A DNA stretch of 64,000 bases from Takakia lepidozioides (Eukaryota > Plantae > Bryophyta). Location of the stretch: NCBI GenBank assembly GCA_030704615.1, contig CM060732.1:16182001-16246000 (forward strand). The letters run 5' to 3'. Positions 11,900 through 23,505 of this stretch are shown piece after piece. The notes beneath the pieces were generated by a model. The model searched no databases. It worked only from the letters and a program-made list of their open reading frames with translations, and was not told the DNA's origin. Each line of letters begins with the position of its first letter. The first letter of the stretch is position 1. A program made the translations under genes and the position numbers.

Positions 11900-14290
11900 G
11901 TACTGTGTTTCAGCCTCAACCACATCATGCCTCCCGTCTATAAATCCTACGAAAGTGCACCTCTACCTAGGAGGATCCTCACCTTCAAAGACTCACCGCG
12001 TCTTTGAAATAACATATATAAGCCATCTTCAATATCACATGTCCATCATATAATCATTGTTCGATGCTAGTCACGTTCATATTGCATATCTGCTTTACAG
12101 CAACTGTTCAGGGACATAGTGGGCATCTCATACTTTTGATCAACTTCCGTTGACTACAGCAGGCTGAGAAGAATCTCCAACTGTTACTAGATGGTGGTGA
12201 ATCTCATTGATGTGTAAACATTGAGCACTAGAAATCAGCACTGTCAGTCAGCGGCTGGAACGCAAGAATCCGAAACAGTGTCCTAGCATCAAGTGAAGTG
12301 GCGCATTTTCTTGCACCAGATCTGCGGCGAGATGATCGGTGGAGGTGTGGGAGTTATCAAGGTACACCCCAAGAGTGATGTGAATGGCACCCCACTGTGT
12401 ATCGTAATGGGCCCAATGAAAGCAAAGGCGATCATGAGAATGGTGAAGAGGAAATCCTATTAACTCCGAGACAATCTTTTCAGCTCAAATTGGAGTTCAT
12501 TGCATATTAGGCTCCACGGTGTATGCGAGACACCCGCTAGACAATGCAGATATGCCCCCGGATGCTGACCTAGCTATTCCATTCTCGTACTACAGGTCTG
12601 TAGTCTCCGATTATTCTTTCGCGTCATCCAGTTTTGTCCAATAGAGAGGCATTCAGAAATTTGATGGCCTGCCAACAAACAAAAATCCTGCAAATTTGAC
12701 GAAGCCATTTGCAGGCCACAAATTTGGTGCATGATCATATGCCAGTGGATTTGAACAGAAGGGCACCTACACCCAAGGCGTAACCAAAAGAACACAGCAC
12801 ACATCCCGCTCAGATCTCTCACCCTTTTGTCAGACCCTCCATCTCTCTCGACACTCCAAACGTACCAACAACCCCACTTTGGCATGCTGGCCCTGGCAAG
12901 TGAGAACTTTTGGAAACTTTTTGAGAGGGACAGTCGAAGTTGCCCAAATGACCACGCCTCGGCTCACAATCAACCCCAAGTCGGGTATTGAAACATTCAA
13001 AGACAATCTTAAAGCTCATTGCAACCTTAGTACAGCCCCTAACTTTCCCAAAGATTTGCGACCGTTGACTGCGATTGCATTGCCAGTCGAATCCAAAATT
13101 TACAAGGGACACAGATTAAAATACGACAATGCTTGTTATGTACCCAATTACAAGCAGAGATCGAGCTCCCTCTAGCTTTCCTTATGATATAGGTGCATGT
13201 AGCACACCGTTCCCTTCATAAACTCTTTCACCGGATGTCATTTATCTTTCATCTTGCGTCCTTACGAGCAGATTATGTTCTTTTGTCGATAATCTGGTCT
13301 TTCAATGGCTGATCACTCTAGCTCGGATCTCTGATTTTGCTGCTGCTGGAGATTCTGACATGGTCTGGACAAAATTCATCGGGTTCTGGGACAGGTCGTT
13401 TAGGTGCTATCACTGCTGCCTCTTTTCTGATTTCAACCAAACAACTGTACCTGTATCACATTAACCTGCCATCCTAGATCACTCCAAAGTCTTAGAACTT
13501 CCAAACCTTGACACTCTTGAAAACCTCATGTAATCTATCTCAAAGCTAGAAACTTCAAAGGTCATAAAGACTTGTTGCGCATAATACCAGGCATACCAAA
13601 CCAAGCAGACAAGGGAAACAACCAATACAACCTGTTTCAATTGCATCCCTTTAATCATAGCCAAAACAATACCCATTCTGTTGCTGACCCGGATTCTATG
13701 GTGTAAGGTATTACTAAATTGTGGTTGAACTCGTATACAATGAAATTCTCCCCTTGTAAAAATGATTCAAGATTCTGGACTTGGTACCCCCTCTACAGCA
13801 GCCTTGAAATTGTTTTTGGGGTAGATGTCAATCTTGGTTTTGCTCGGTTGCTCACTGCTTTCTCCACTCTGTTGGTTCGATAATAGGGGCATTGACTGGG
13901 ACCCTATGTCATGGAAGCCTTATCTCATTCACGTTCTTCTCTGACATCAAAGCTGTCATTTCCGCAAGAACCTCATCCTCATTATCCAAAACACTTCTAC
14001 ATAGTTGGTTCCAGAGGTACCTGTCACATTCTGCTCAAGCTTTCTACTGCAATCACTCTCGTAGTGCCCTAGTACCTTACAAAAAGCGCATCGCACACCA
14101 CACATCTCCGTAGGGTGTCCAAATCGGTGACACTTGTCACTCCCTTCGGACAGACTGCGGCTATGTGGCCCTCTTCATGGCAGGCATTACAAAGGCGAGT
14201 ACGAGGTGGTGTCCCAGATCCGAGTTCTCACTCCAAAGGCTCTAATGATATTTCCCCTAACTTTCCCAAGCCTCTTTCAATCTTTGTAGC
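11900..14290 (-). mobile_element. Highly degenerate LTR-retrotransposon remnants (gag zinc knuckles, possible Copia-like integrase traces)
   Basis: Minus strand CNACHEEGHIAAVC plus a second knuckle-like DKCHRFGHPTEMC at ~14100-14195; weak traces resembling Copia integrase (QDFCLLAG, ENGIA ~12570-12700; RCTFVGF ~11950). Confidence 0.4.
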
Positions 14291-14800
14291 TGTCTCAGCC
14301 TTGCTACATTGAAGGTTTTGTCTTGATTCAGATCTCTAACATCTGCCTCCAACTGAAGCCTCGAACCCATTCTCTTGTTGGTGCATGCTGGCTTGATGAC
14401 TATCTAGAGCTTGTAAGAGCGAAAAAGGACACATGTTGTAAGAGACCTAGTGATGCAGGTTTTTATTGCTGTTGAGTTGCTGACATACAGGGGTTTCAAA
14501 CGCCATCAAACCTTTGACTCTATAACCAGTGAAGTATTCCATGAGCACATTTCTGGACAAGCAGTCTGCCAATTGGACTTCTTCCATCACTGTACAGTTT
14601 TACAGTGTGCATCAGCATTCCTGAAGTTCAAACAATAATCCTGATTTGCTCCGGACCATTCTGTAAGCACATACGGACAGTGGGAATGGTATAGCTTTAG
14701 GGCAAAATTAGAGCTGCTGTAGATTGAATGTTGAATGCTTTCAGTGACTGCCTAGCTTAGGATCCTGTTTAGAGAGTGATTAGGGAGTAGGTTCAACAAA

Positions 14801-15010
14801 ATGACTAGCCCCACTAGCATAGATGTGCCTTATCATGGTAGGAACAATGAGGATGTGAATGACTGGTTGGAGAGGATTCAGTTGGAGGCAGTTGTTAGAG
14901 ATCTGAATCAAGACAAAACCTTCAATGTAGCAAGGCTCAATTCAAGGGCAAAGGCCGATGAATGGTACCGTAAACAGAACCCTAGATCAGACGACTGGGA
15001 TGAACACAGT
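14801..15010 (+). pseudogene. Gypsy gag N-terminal fragment
   Basis: YHGRNNEDVNDWLE...KADEWY...W resembles the retrotransposon gag N-terminus. Confidence 0.55.
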
Positions 15011-15059
15011 TAGAAGTTGATGTAACCATAGACCATACTATTAACCACAACATGCCATA

Positions 15060-18000
15060 TCATGAGAGCCCAGAAGCATCACATTTTCCAGTACGTTTAT
15101 CGCAAAATCCATTCTTGTCCAGCAACTGCTCTGGAGGTGTGCTAAGCTCCGGAGCAGAGGGAGTGCCATAGGCATTGCGCCGGTTGTTCCCACAACCCAA
15201 GCTCTTTCGTGTACTCATCCCAGTGGCTGGGTTTGTCCCACTTGCATATTTGCATAAAGCCTGCAAACTCAAACAGACATTGTTTAACTGTAGATCCTCA
15301 AGTGACCATGTTACTACAGCTCAATTCTTAGCAGAGGATGGGCAGATGTGTCCCAATTCATTCATGTCTGAAGTGACATGCTCAAAATCAAGTCATCTAC
15401 CTATATCCAATTACAAAACATCATCTCCTGGGGCCGCAGCTCCTGATAGTCCCGGCGGATCCACAAATATGGCACTATTTTAATGCTCATAACGGCTTTA
15501 GCTAGGATAGTGTCAGCTTTGCTGTCAATCTTCAAAGCTGCTGGTGACAGAAACAACTAGGAAGCCTCAATCACTCTGGTAACATCAACACAGCTCCATA
15601 ACAGAGAACAGATGGCTATAAGATTCTCACATGGGAAACAGGCCCAGGAATGGATCAACAACCACTATCCACTCACTATCCAGATTCCAGGGGCCCTATA
15701 TTGGCTACTTCAAAGCAGGTGGCCATATTCGTGGTGAGCAGATAGTAAACTCTGCATTCGAAAGTAAGGATTTGTTATTTGGGGTTTTGTAACCTTGCTT
15801 GAAAGAAGGAGCAAGCATTCCTCTTGAGTATGGACTAAACTGTTTAACATAAGGATTCCTGGCCAGCAGGATTGGGCCCTTCGACAGTAGACATGGATCC
15901 TTACCTGTTTTTGGGAAAGATCTAAAACAGCATCACTGAAATCAGCCCCCTCAATGACTGCATCACCCAAATCACTCCGTGTCAGCACTGCTCTCACCAG
16001 CAGTGCGTCACTCAAATCAGCTTCATTGAGCACCTGCATGGGGAAAAGAACGCATGCCCATATGCATACGAAAACATACATAGACATTGCACCATCAGAT
16101 CACATTGACAGGTAGAAAAATTGTAAGACTGGCTACTACTAGGAAGGAAAAAAATGACTCACCATGCGATCCATGAGAGTGTCACTGAGGTCCGCTCCTG
16201 CATCACATCACATCTAGCTTCATTCAATTAATCTACTAGGGGTGAGCTTGTGGAACTAACAACTGCTGACCATAAGCTGGAACGCAACAGCAGTAGATCC
16301 TCACTTGGCCGTCTGAATCAATATGTCAATATAGGTGTGGGAAGGTAAATGAAAACTCCAAAACCAAACTTCTCAGAGCGCACAGGCAACAGCAACCCTT
16401 TTCAAGGAAATGAGGATCATGGTCTCATTTCCTACTACAAGTATGAGGATGATTCCTCTGGGTGGAGACAAACGTCACAAATGTGTCTGTGTCAATGGTT
16501 ACACTGGCAGGCACACTATCCAAATAGAATGTACTCATAAGACGTTGTTTGCTAGCCTTGTGGCCATTGACCCCGCGCCCAGTTTGAGCGGAACACAAAG
16601 GGACAGAACCTACCTCTGTCAGGGGCTGACGTCCGTAGTAAGACTTACCTTGAAATAGAACATTGATCCGGGTTTTCCAGATATCCTCTAGAAATCCCTT
16701 CACACAAGCATCAACCTGCTGTGTGTTGTTTGCCCAATAACTAGGCCCCAGAAGGGCCTGGGCTTTTGGCTCAGCACTGACCAAATAGAAAGAGTAGGAG
16801 AGGAGAGAGAGAATGTACTCACAAGATGATGTGTGCTGTAGCCTTGTGGCCATAGACCCCACGCCCAGTTGGGCAGAACAAGATGGAACAGTCACTACCT
16901 CCAGTAGTGGGACTTACTCATATAAACAATTAGTTTGGGCTTTCCAGCTTACTCATATAAACAATTAGTTTGGGCTTTCCAGATCTTCTCTAGAAAGCCC
17001 TTCACACAAGCATCAATCTCCTGTGTGTGAGCTGCCCACCAATTAGACCCACAACAGGGCCAGGGCTTTAGGCTCGGCCTCGAGATTTCAGTTGGTGAAT
17101 AGAGGTGCATGGACACTGTTCTTGATGGTCCTGAAGAGGGTCACTCTCCGATGAGAGTACCCTGGATATTGTATCAGGAAATGGATATTGTCTTCAGGCC
17201 GCCTGCATACCCGGCATTGACAATCTCCCTTACCTCTCTCCATTCTGTTTACTGTTCAAAAACTCCCTGCCCTGGGTTTGAGTCTAGTGCCGACGGTAGG
17301 TAGGCCCTTCAGGTCATCCTTAAGGTCCTCACCCATGTCACATTCTGGAAACAAGTTCAGGAAAGTTTTATGCCTAACTTTGTTGAGAGAAGACAGAGAC
17401 AGAAGGGTGGGTTAGTGTTTATTTCTGCACTTGTATTTCATAGTGCACATAAAATGATAGATACAAGTTATGTGACGACACGTACCATGAAAATTAGTTC
17501 TGAAAGCAACAGCTTTCTCAAGGTAGGCACCATTGAAGGTGCTTCCACTGAAGTTTGACTCCCTCATGTCAGCTGATGTGAAGTTTGCCCTCCTGAAATT
17601 TTCATTCGCATGCTCTGTCTTCCTGCAGAGAGGGAGGAGAGAGAATGAACTCATAAGACGTTTTTGCCATAGCCTTGTGGCCATAGATCCCGCCACCAGT
17701 TTGGACGCAACAAAACAGAGGGAGGGAGAGAGATAGGGCTTGTCTTGTTACAACAAGGAAGGATCTGTCAGGACTTGACCAGATCAGAAAGTTTTTTTTT
17801 TTAAAAAACAAGGACAAAACAGCCTTGCATTGCAAGGCACCATCACCCCTTCTCCTAAACCAGTCTTGCTCCTGATTTGTTTCACACTTCTGGGTGATTG
17901 GGGTGGGTGGTGGGGTTTGTTAGAAAACCCTTCAAAAAACCACTTTTCTTCATAGTGACAGACATCACTGAACAATATTCATATTAACTGTACTGTCATA

Positions 18001-21000
18001 CTGGGATTTCCAGGAAACCGACATTTGTGCTAGCATGTGGACTGTAAGTCAGTGACCTCCTAGTCAGCCTTAGCCTTTACTTAAAGCAAACCAGTGCTTG
18101 CTTAAAACCATAGAGATCTCTGCCCACAGTAAATGTCTGAGCATAATACTTCTCTATGAGGATAATTCGCTTTCATCAAAGTAGCGTCAACACTAATACT
18201 TCCCTGAAAATCACATGTCTCAAAACTGAGAGAAATCCAAGTCTTCCACCATAGCCCGAATGGGTGTACTGCCATGTCTTCAAACTAAACAAACACAGTT
18301 TGAAGAATGAGACCACTCAGCTGGCCTGTAAACTGAGATTGATCCAAGTCAAGACGGGTCTTCAGAACCCTCTGGTATCAGATCCCAAGGGTAGATTACT
18401 TCCGTAAAATACTTCCTTCAAGGAAACATGAGGCTGTCGTCAAGTGTTGTACCATTCGTCCTAGGCAGTGGCTGCCTCATGCCATAGGCGATTTCCATCA
18501 TCTATCCAATGTACTCTGTGGCAAAACTTACACATATAGCTTAGAGACCCATGAAAAGTGAAGGACCCTCACCTGCACCCGTCCCAAAAACCACCACATC
18601 CAACAGAATGCATGTTAGTGAGGATGTGCAAGGTGAGTAGCAGGTCTTCACGCTTGCTATCGCTGTCCAACATGCAGATCTAAGCAAGTGAAAGATTGCA
18701 AGAGTAACAGTAAAGGTGTGACATTGCACAGAACCTTGAAAGTTTGAGGCAGGCCAGTCTGCGACGTTGCGCATATCCGTTCACGCAACAAGTAATTGCA
18801 AAGCACATGTAAGGGCTGAGTGAACTTCCTGTTCGTCTTGGTGTCTCTCACTGTCTGTTTGCTGTTTCTTCCTTTTAGAGCTTACTATGCATGGCAACCA
18901 CAGTAGTGGCTGGTGAGGTCAAGACTAGCTGCTTAGCCTCACCCGTTGTTATGTATTGCCATCATTTATATGTCCCATTTGAACTGCATTCGTGCACATT
19001 TATGTGATTTGTTTGCATGAACCCATCCCCTGTTGAAAATCTCTTGAAGGCAAAGCTCGGTGAGCAGCATGCCCGACACTTTGCCTGTAGTTTCAGGTAG
19101 CCGCCATTCGCACTCAAACAATATTTGTAAATGAGTACTAAATTGCAGGGTAACCCTAAATTCAAACCAGCACATGGGCACTCAATAAATCCCACAAGGC
19201 CCTAGCCAGGGAATGAATTTTGCAGCAAGTGTCTACTTGTCAGTTTCAGACATCCATAGGAAAAAATCACTTTATTCCACCTGAAATATTCTACCCAAGA
19301 CTAAAGAGAGAGAGAGCAAGGGACCTAATCATTGCTTGTCTGGAACTGACAGGTGCTAATTCTCCGTGAATAATATTTGGATGTGTGAAAAATAGAGGAA
19401 CAACCGCTTTGTGACCTGATAATCTGATCTCTCACATTGATCAGGAAACTTCTGTTTAATGTGGCATATGTCTCTTATCACACAAGCTCACATTCTTTCG
19501 CATAGAAGCTTTGTGCCATCCGTATTCCAAGATTCCTCTGAAGTACTTGTCGGTCAACTAGGTGTGATTCATGTGTAGCATGATTTACTCAACCCGTAAG
19601 TATTTGCCCCGTGACATAAGGCTTCAACTCGTTTTTGGAGCCAAACTAAGGGCAGCAAACCACCAATGTGCGGCACATCACTGTTCATTCACATGTGGTA
19701 TGGAAAGAGCAACAGTTAGACTTCTCCATTTCGAGCTTAGAGTAGAAATTCGCTCTTCACAAATGGTACAAATCCATAAGATCATGCAACTATATGCAAA
19801 GGACATACCTCAGGTCACTAGAGCCATATTGAGCAGCTGAACCAACACCAAACTCGCCGCGGGTCTCGGCTTCAAACTTGTTCAACTCCGCCATGGCGGC
19901 ATCCAGCCCTGTGCCCATCAAAGCTGCAGCAAGTGCAGCAGCTATAGCACACTGCAAACCTTGCGACTCTGCAGTAGGCACTGCCACCCCATTCCAGCCC
20001 AAATCACCACTTCAACCCGGGAGCTGAGAACTGGCCACACTCTTGGCGACTCCTCGCAATAGGAGGCTTCCGAGTGATTGAGGGCCCTGAGCATTGGCCA
20101 TAGAAAACTTCCCAGCCTCGTTGAGAATTTTGTATCGTAACTATGCCTAGCACTAGCCTTGCGGAAGTCGTGCAAATCACTGTACCCAGAACTCTTATAT
20201 TACAATTTCCATGAGTGAAGTTAATCGTTGATGTTAATATATATTCAAGGCCACAATAGAAATCCAAGGAAATTGTGGAACAATATTATTATAATGGAGA
20301 AAGTTGTTCAGTCCGTGCCAGTTACAAACCCCTTTCGCTGGATGTGTCTCTGCCTTCTCAGACACACAGCCAAAAATTCGCGTTTTACCAGACACAACGG
20401 AGAAGCAATGGTGTACATCCTGATCTCCATCTTCAAACTTCAACGAGTCATTAAAATCAAGCATTCTGCTGCGTTACAAGATTACAAGTCCTATGCAATA
20501 GAGCTTACTCCTGAAGATGTGAAGCTCTTTGTCAGAAATACAACAGTCGCACACGTACAGTCGCTCCTCCCCTCTCACACACCCAACGACATTTTAAACA
20601 TCAACAAGAAAAAAAAACCCTTGGAGGTGCTACTCTGTGTATGTGAATGGGGGAGCTACTGACATTTCACGTATTCTTACACATCCCAGCTCACAAATTC
20701 CTGCTCAAATAGAATCGTATCGGGTTATCAAGATTGTACTGCTCTCACGCACTGCTGTAAACACAAAAAGAAGAGCTCAAATGTAGTATGCAGAGGACCT
20801 GAGGATCTCGAGAAGAACCACCTGCCATTCTCCTCATCCTTGTCCTGGTCCAGGCCCTTTCCAACTTCATCAGACCCCGGCGACGAACACATGCGCGAAA
20901 TTAGCCTGCTCGACCTGCCGGATCGACCGAGTCGCGGATGGAAAAGACGACAGAAAGAGGACGTCAAGGAGCCAGATTCCCGCATTACACAAGGATTCAA

Positions 21001-21054
21001 GGCAGCGGCAGTGGATGGAAACAACACGCACGGACACGAACACAGCCGACCCAT
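15060..21054 (-). CDS. TL20.3: Thylakoid lumenal pentapeptide-repeat protein (Arabidopsis TL20.3/At1g12250-like), multi-exon
   Basis: Exons: transit peptide region (~20800-21054), AMAELNKFEAETRGEFGVGSAAQYGSSDL (~19810-19900), RRANFTSADMRESNFSGSTFNGAYLEKAVA (17486-17622), GADLSDTLMDRM (~16162-16197), VLNEADLSDALLVRAVLTRSDLGDAVIEGADFSDAVLD (~15905-16033), ALCKYASGTNP...RKSLGCGN.RRNAYG...GFCD...GKC (15060-15260); GT-AG junctions. Confidence 0.9.
16515..17385 (-). mobile_element. Cluster of 3'-end fragments of the APE-RT LINE family in a TL20.3 intron
   Basis: AEPKAQALLGPSYW...VKGFLEDIWKTRIN and the 3' motif GGGGTC(A/T)ATGGCCACAAGGCTA, matching 28320-28650; includes a ~36-bp direct duplication near 16912-16983. 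Confidence 0.85.
17627..17735 (-). mobile_element. Short LINE 3'-terminal unit abutting a TL20.3 splice acceptor
   Basis: Minus strand CAAACTGGTGGCGGGATCTATGGCCACAAGGCTATGGCAAAAACGTCTTATGAGTTCATTCTCTCT matches the LINE tail at 28516-28585. Confidence 0.85.
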
Positions 21055-21689
21055 CGTCTCTCCCCGCCCGAATCGTCCTCACTCCTCTCTCTAGCTCACA
21101 GCCACGAGCGAGCGTGGCGGTTTGCCACGCGGCCTCTTGCCGGGTATCGGATGAGCGTAAGCGCTAGGGTTGGCCTCATGGATGACATACTATCGGCTCT
21201 TCAACAGATGAACTCATTACTCATCCGACCGTTCACTGCTGGACGGACGGCGTCGGTTGAGCAGCACTGTTGTGTCTCTTCTGTCGTTAACGGCGCCGTC
21301 GCTGCTTCCGTCCCCACCATCGCAGTCAAAATTCTAGGTAGTGACTAGTGAATATGAGGGCCGCCCACACGAGCAAGGAAAGTGGCAAATTCGCCAAGCC
21401 AGTGCGTGCGTGTCAGTGGGGCGATTGTGGGGAAGCGAACCCCGGGATCGCTGTGCCGTAGGTAAGAAGTGACTTTTATTTTCACCTAGCACAGTAAAAA
21501 TCCAGTTTTATAGAGTAAAAAACATAATTGGGTTGCCTCGCACATGCTGCGGCCATTTGGGCAAGACCTGCAAAGGGAGTTGGAGGATTTCTTTTTCCTC
21601 TCATCAAGGTGTACAAAATAATGTGCAAGCTCTTCAAGCTCCTCCAAACCATTTGCAGGAAGTCCATGTGCAGATAGTTCTGAAAATGG

Positions 21690-22010
21690 TGGGAGATTGT
21701 GGACAAATCTCTGCAGAGTTTTTGTTGGATTTGTGGGAGGAAAAACATTACGAGTACAATCGAGGACACATGAGAGAGGTGAATTGGAAAGAGTTTGCAA
21801 AGTTGTTAGACCTAAACTTTGCAACAGACCTGGAAGCAATACAGAGACAAAATCAACAAGATGAAGGACAAATACATAGAGGAGAAAGAGAAGATTAACG
21901 TGACAGGTGCTTCTCCTTCTGATTGGTCTTGGTTTGACAGATTTGACAACATTTTGGGAGGAACCTCGAAGATTAATGGTGTATCTCATGTTGTCGATCA
22001 GGGTGTTCAT
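21690..22010 (+). pseudogene. Myb/SANT-like (trihelix-type) domain fragment, possibly PIF/Harbinger-derived
   Basis: AEFLLDLWEEKHYEYNRGHMREVNWKEFA...TWKQYRDKINKMKDKY.EEK...SDWSWFDRFDNILG across frameshifts. Confidence 0.7.
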
Positions 22011-22245
22011 TCTACTCACTAGTGAGGTTGTAAATATGAGTGATTTTAACCCAAACATCAGAAAGCTGAAACCACCGCGTTCTATGAAAAGAAAAAAAAC
22101 TTTCATCTCACGGAGTGAATCTATAGATAAATGGAACCTTGCAAATTCTCTCCGTATGGTGTCTCTGCACTAAACTCTTTCGGTGAGTGCAAATCCCACA
22201 AAGAAACACAAATTTTACTCTTTCTTTCCTCTTTCTCTCTCTCTT

Positions 22246-23420
22246 ACTACACATACCTTGGCGTTGAGTTTTCCTCCAACTGTAATTGGGATGCACATGT
22301 TCAAAAAGTCGTTCAATCTGGCAAGCACAAAGCACTGGGTCTCACTAAATTTTCCATTACAGAGGAATCTCAACTCTGAAGTAAAAAAAATCATGCTATG
22401 CCCCGTTATCAGGCCTGCCTTGGAGTACGCATCTGCAGTGTGGGTTGATAACTACAACCAGGCTAAGTCTCTAGAATCCATTCAAGTGGGGGGTGCTCAA
22501 GGAGTGTATGTCAGCATGCTCCAAAACAGCTAATGTGGTTGTTCAGGGTGAGTTTGGCATCCATCCCTTAAGCTCCTGACGAGATGAATTCAAGGTCAGA
22601 TGGTGGGGTCAGCTGCAACATATGACTAATAACGCATATCATAAGTTAATTGACTCTATATCTTGGAAGCAGGATCGCCCTATCAAACAGGCTAAGTCTT
22701 GGCGGAAGAGAGTAGAAGGGATTCTCAAGGATCTGAATCTAAGCCCGCAAGTCTTACCTTGCTGGATAAATCTGACTTGGCTGTAGTGTCCAAAGCCATG
22801 TCTGTTGCCAGGAAACTGTCTGATGAAAATGAAGTTAGGCAGAAAACTTCCCTGAACTTGTTTCCAGTCTGTGACATGGGAGAGGCCATCATGGATGACC
22901 TCAAGGGTTTACCCACCCTCGGCACTAGACTGAAATTTAAACTCAGGGCGGGAAGCCTACCTTTGAACAGCAAACAAATGCAGAGAGGAAAGAGGGATTG
23001 CAATTGCCCGTTGTGTGGGCAACCTGAAGAAAACATTCATTTTCTGATTCATTGTCCTGGGTACTCGCACAAGAGAGATGCCCTCTTCAAATCCATCAGG
23101 GGAATTGTGCCTGAACCTCTGTTTACCAACTTCGACTGTCTCGAGGCTGAGCCAAAAGCCCTGGCCCTTTTGGGGCCTAGTTATTGAGCAAACCATACAC
23201 AGCAGATTGATGCTGTTGTGAAGGGATTTCTAGAGGAAATCTGGAAAACTCGGATTAATTGTCTGTTCCAAGGTAAGTCAAACGACCGGCATCAGCCCCT
23301 GACAAAGGTAGTTTCTGTCCCTTTGTGTTCTGCTCAAACTGAGCGCGGGGTCAATGGCCACAAGGCTACGGCAAACACCGTCTCTCTCTCTCTCAAACAG
23401 TACAGTCTCTCTCTCAAACT
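22246..23420 (+). mobile_element. 5'-truncated APE-RT LINE copy
   Basis: YTYLGVEFSSNCNWDAH through the C-terminal CPLC..E...HFLIHC zinc motif and 3' tail; (TC)n tracts at both ends. Confidence 0.9.
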
Positions 23421-23505
23421 AGGCATGGGTTTATGACGATGATGCAGAAAGCCAAGTTGAAGAGTACCCTTGCAGGAAACTCAGCTTTAGTAGTGGAGAA
23501 AACAG

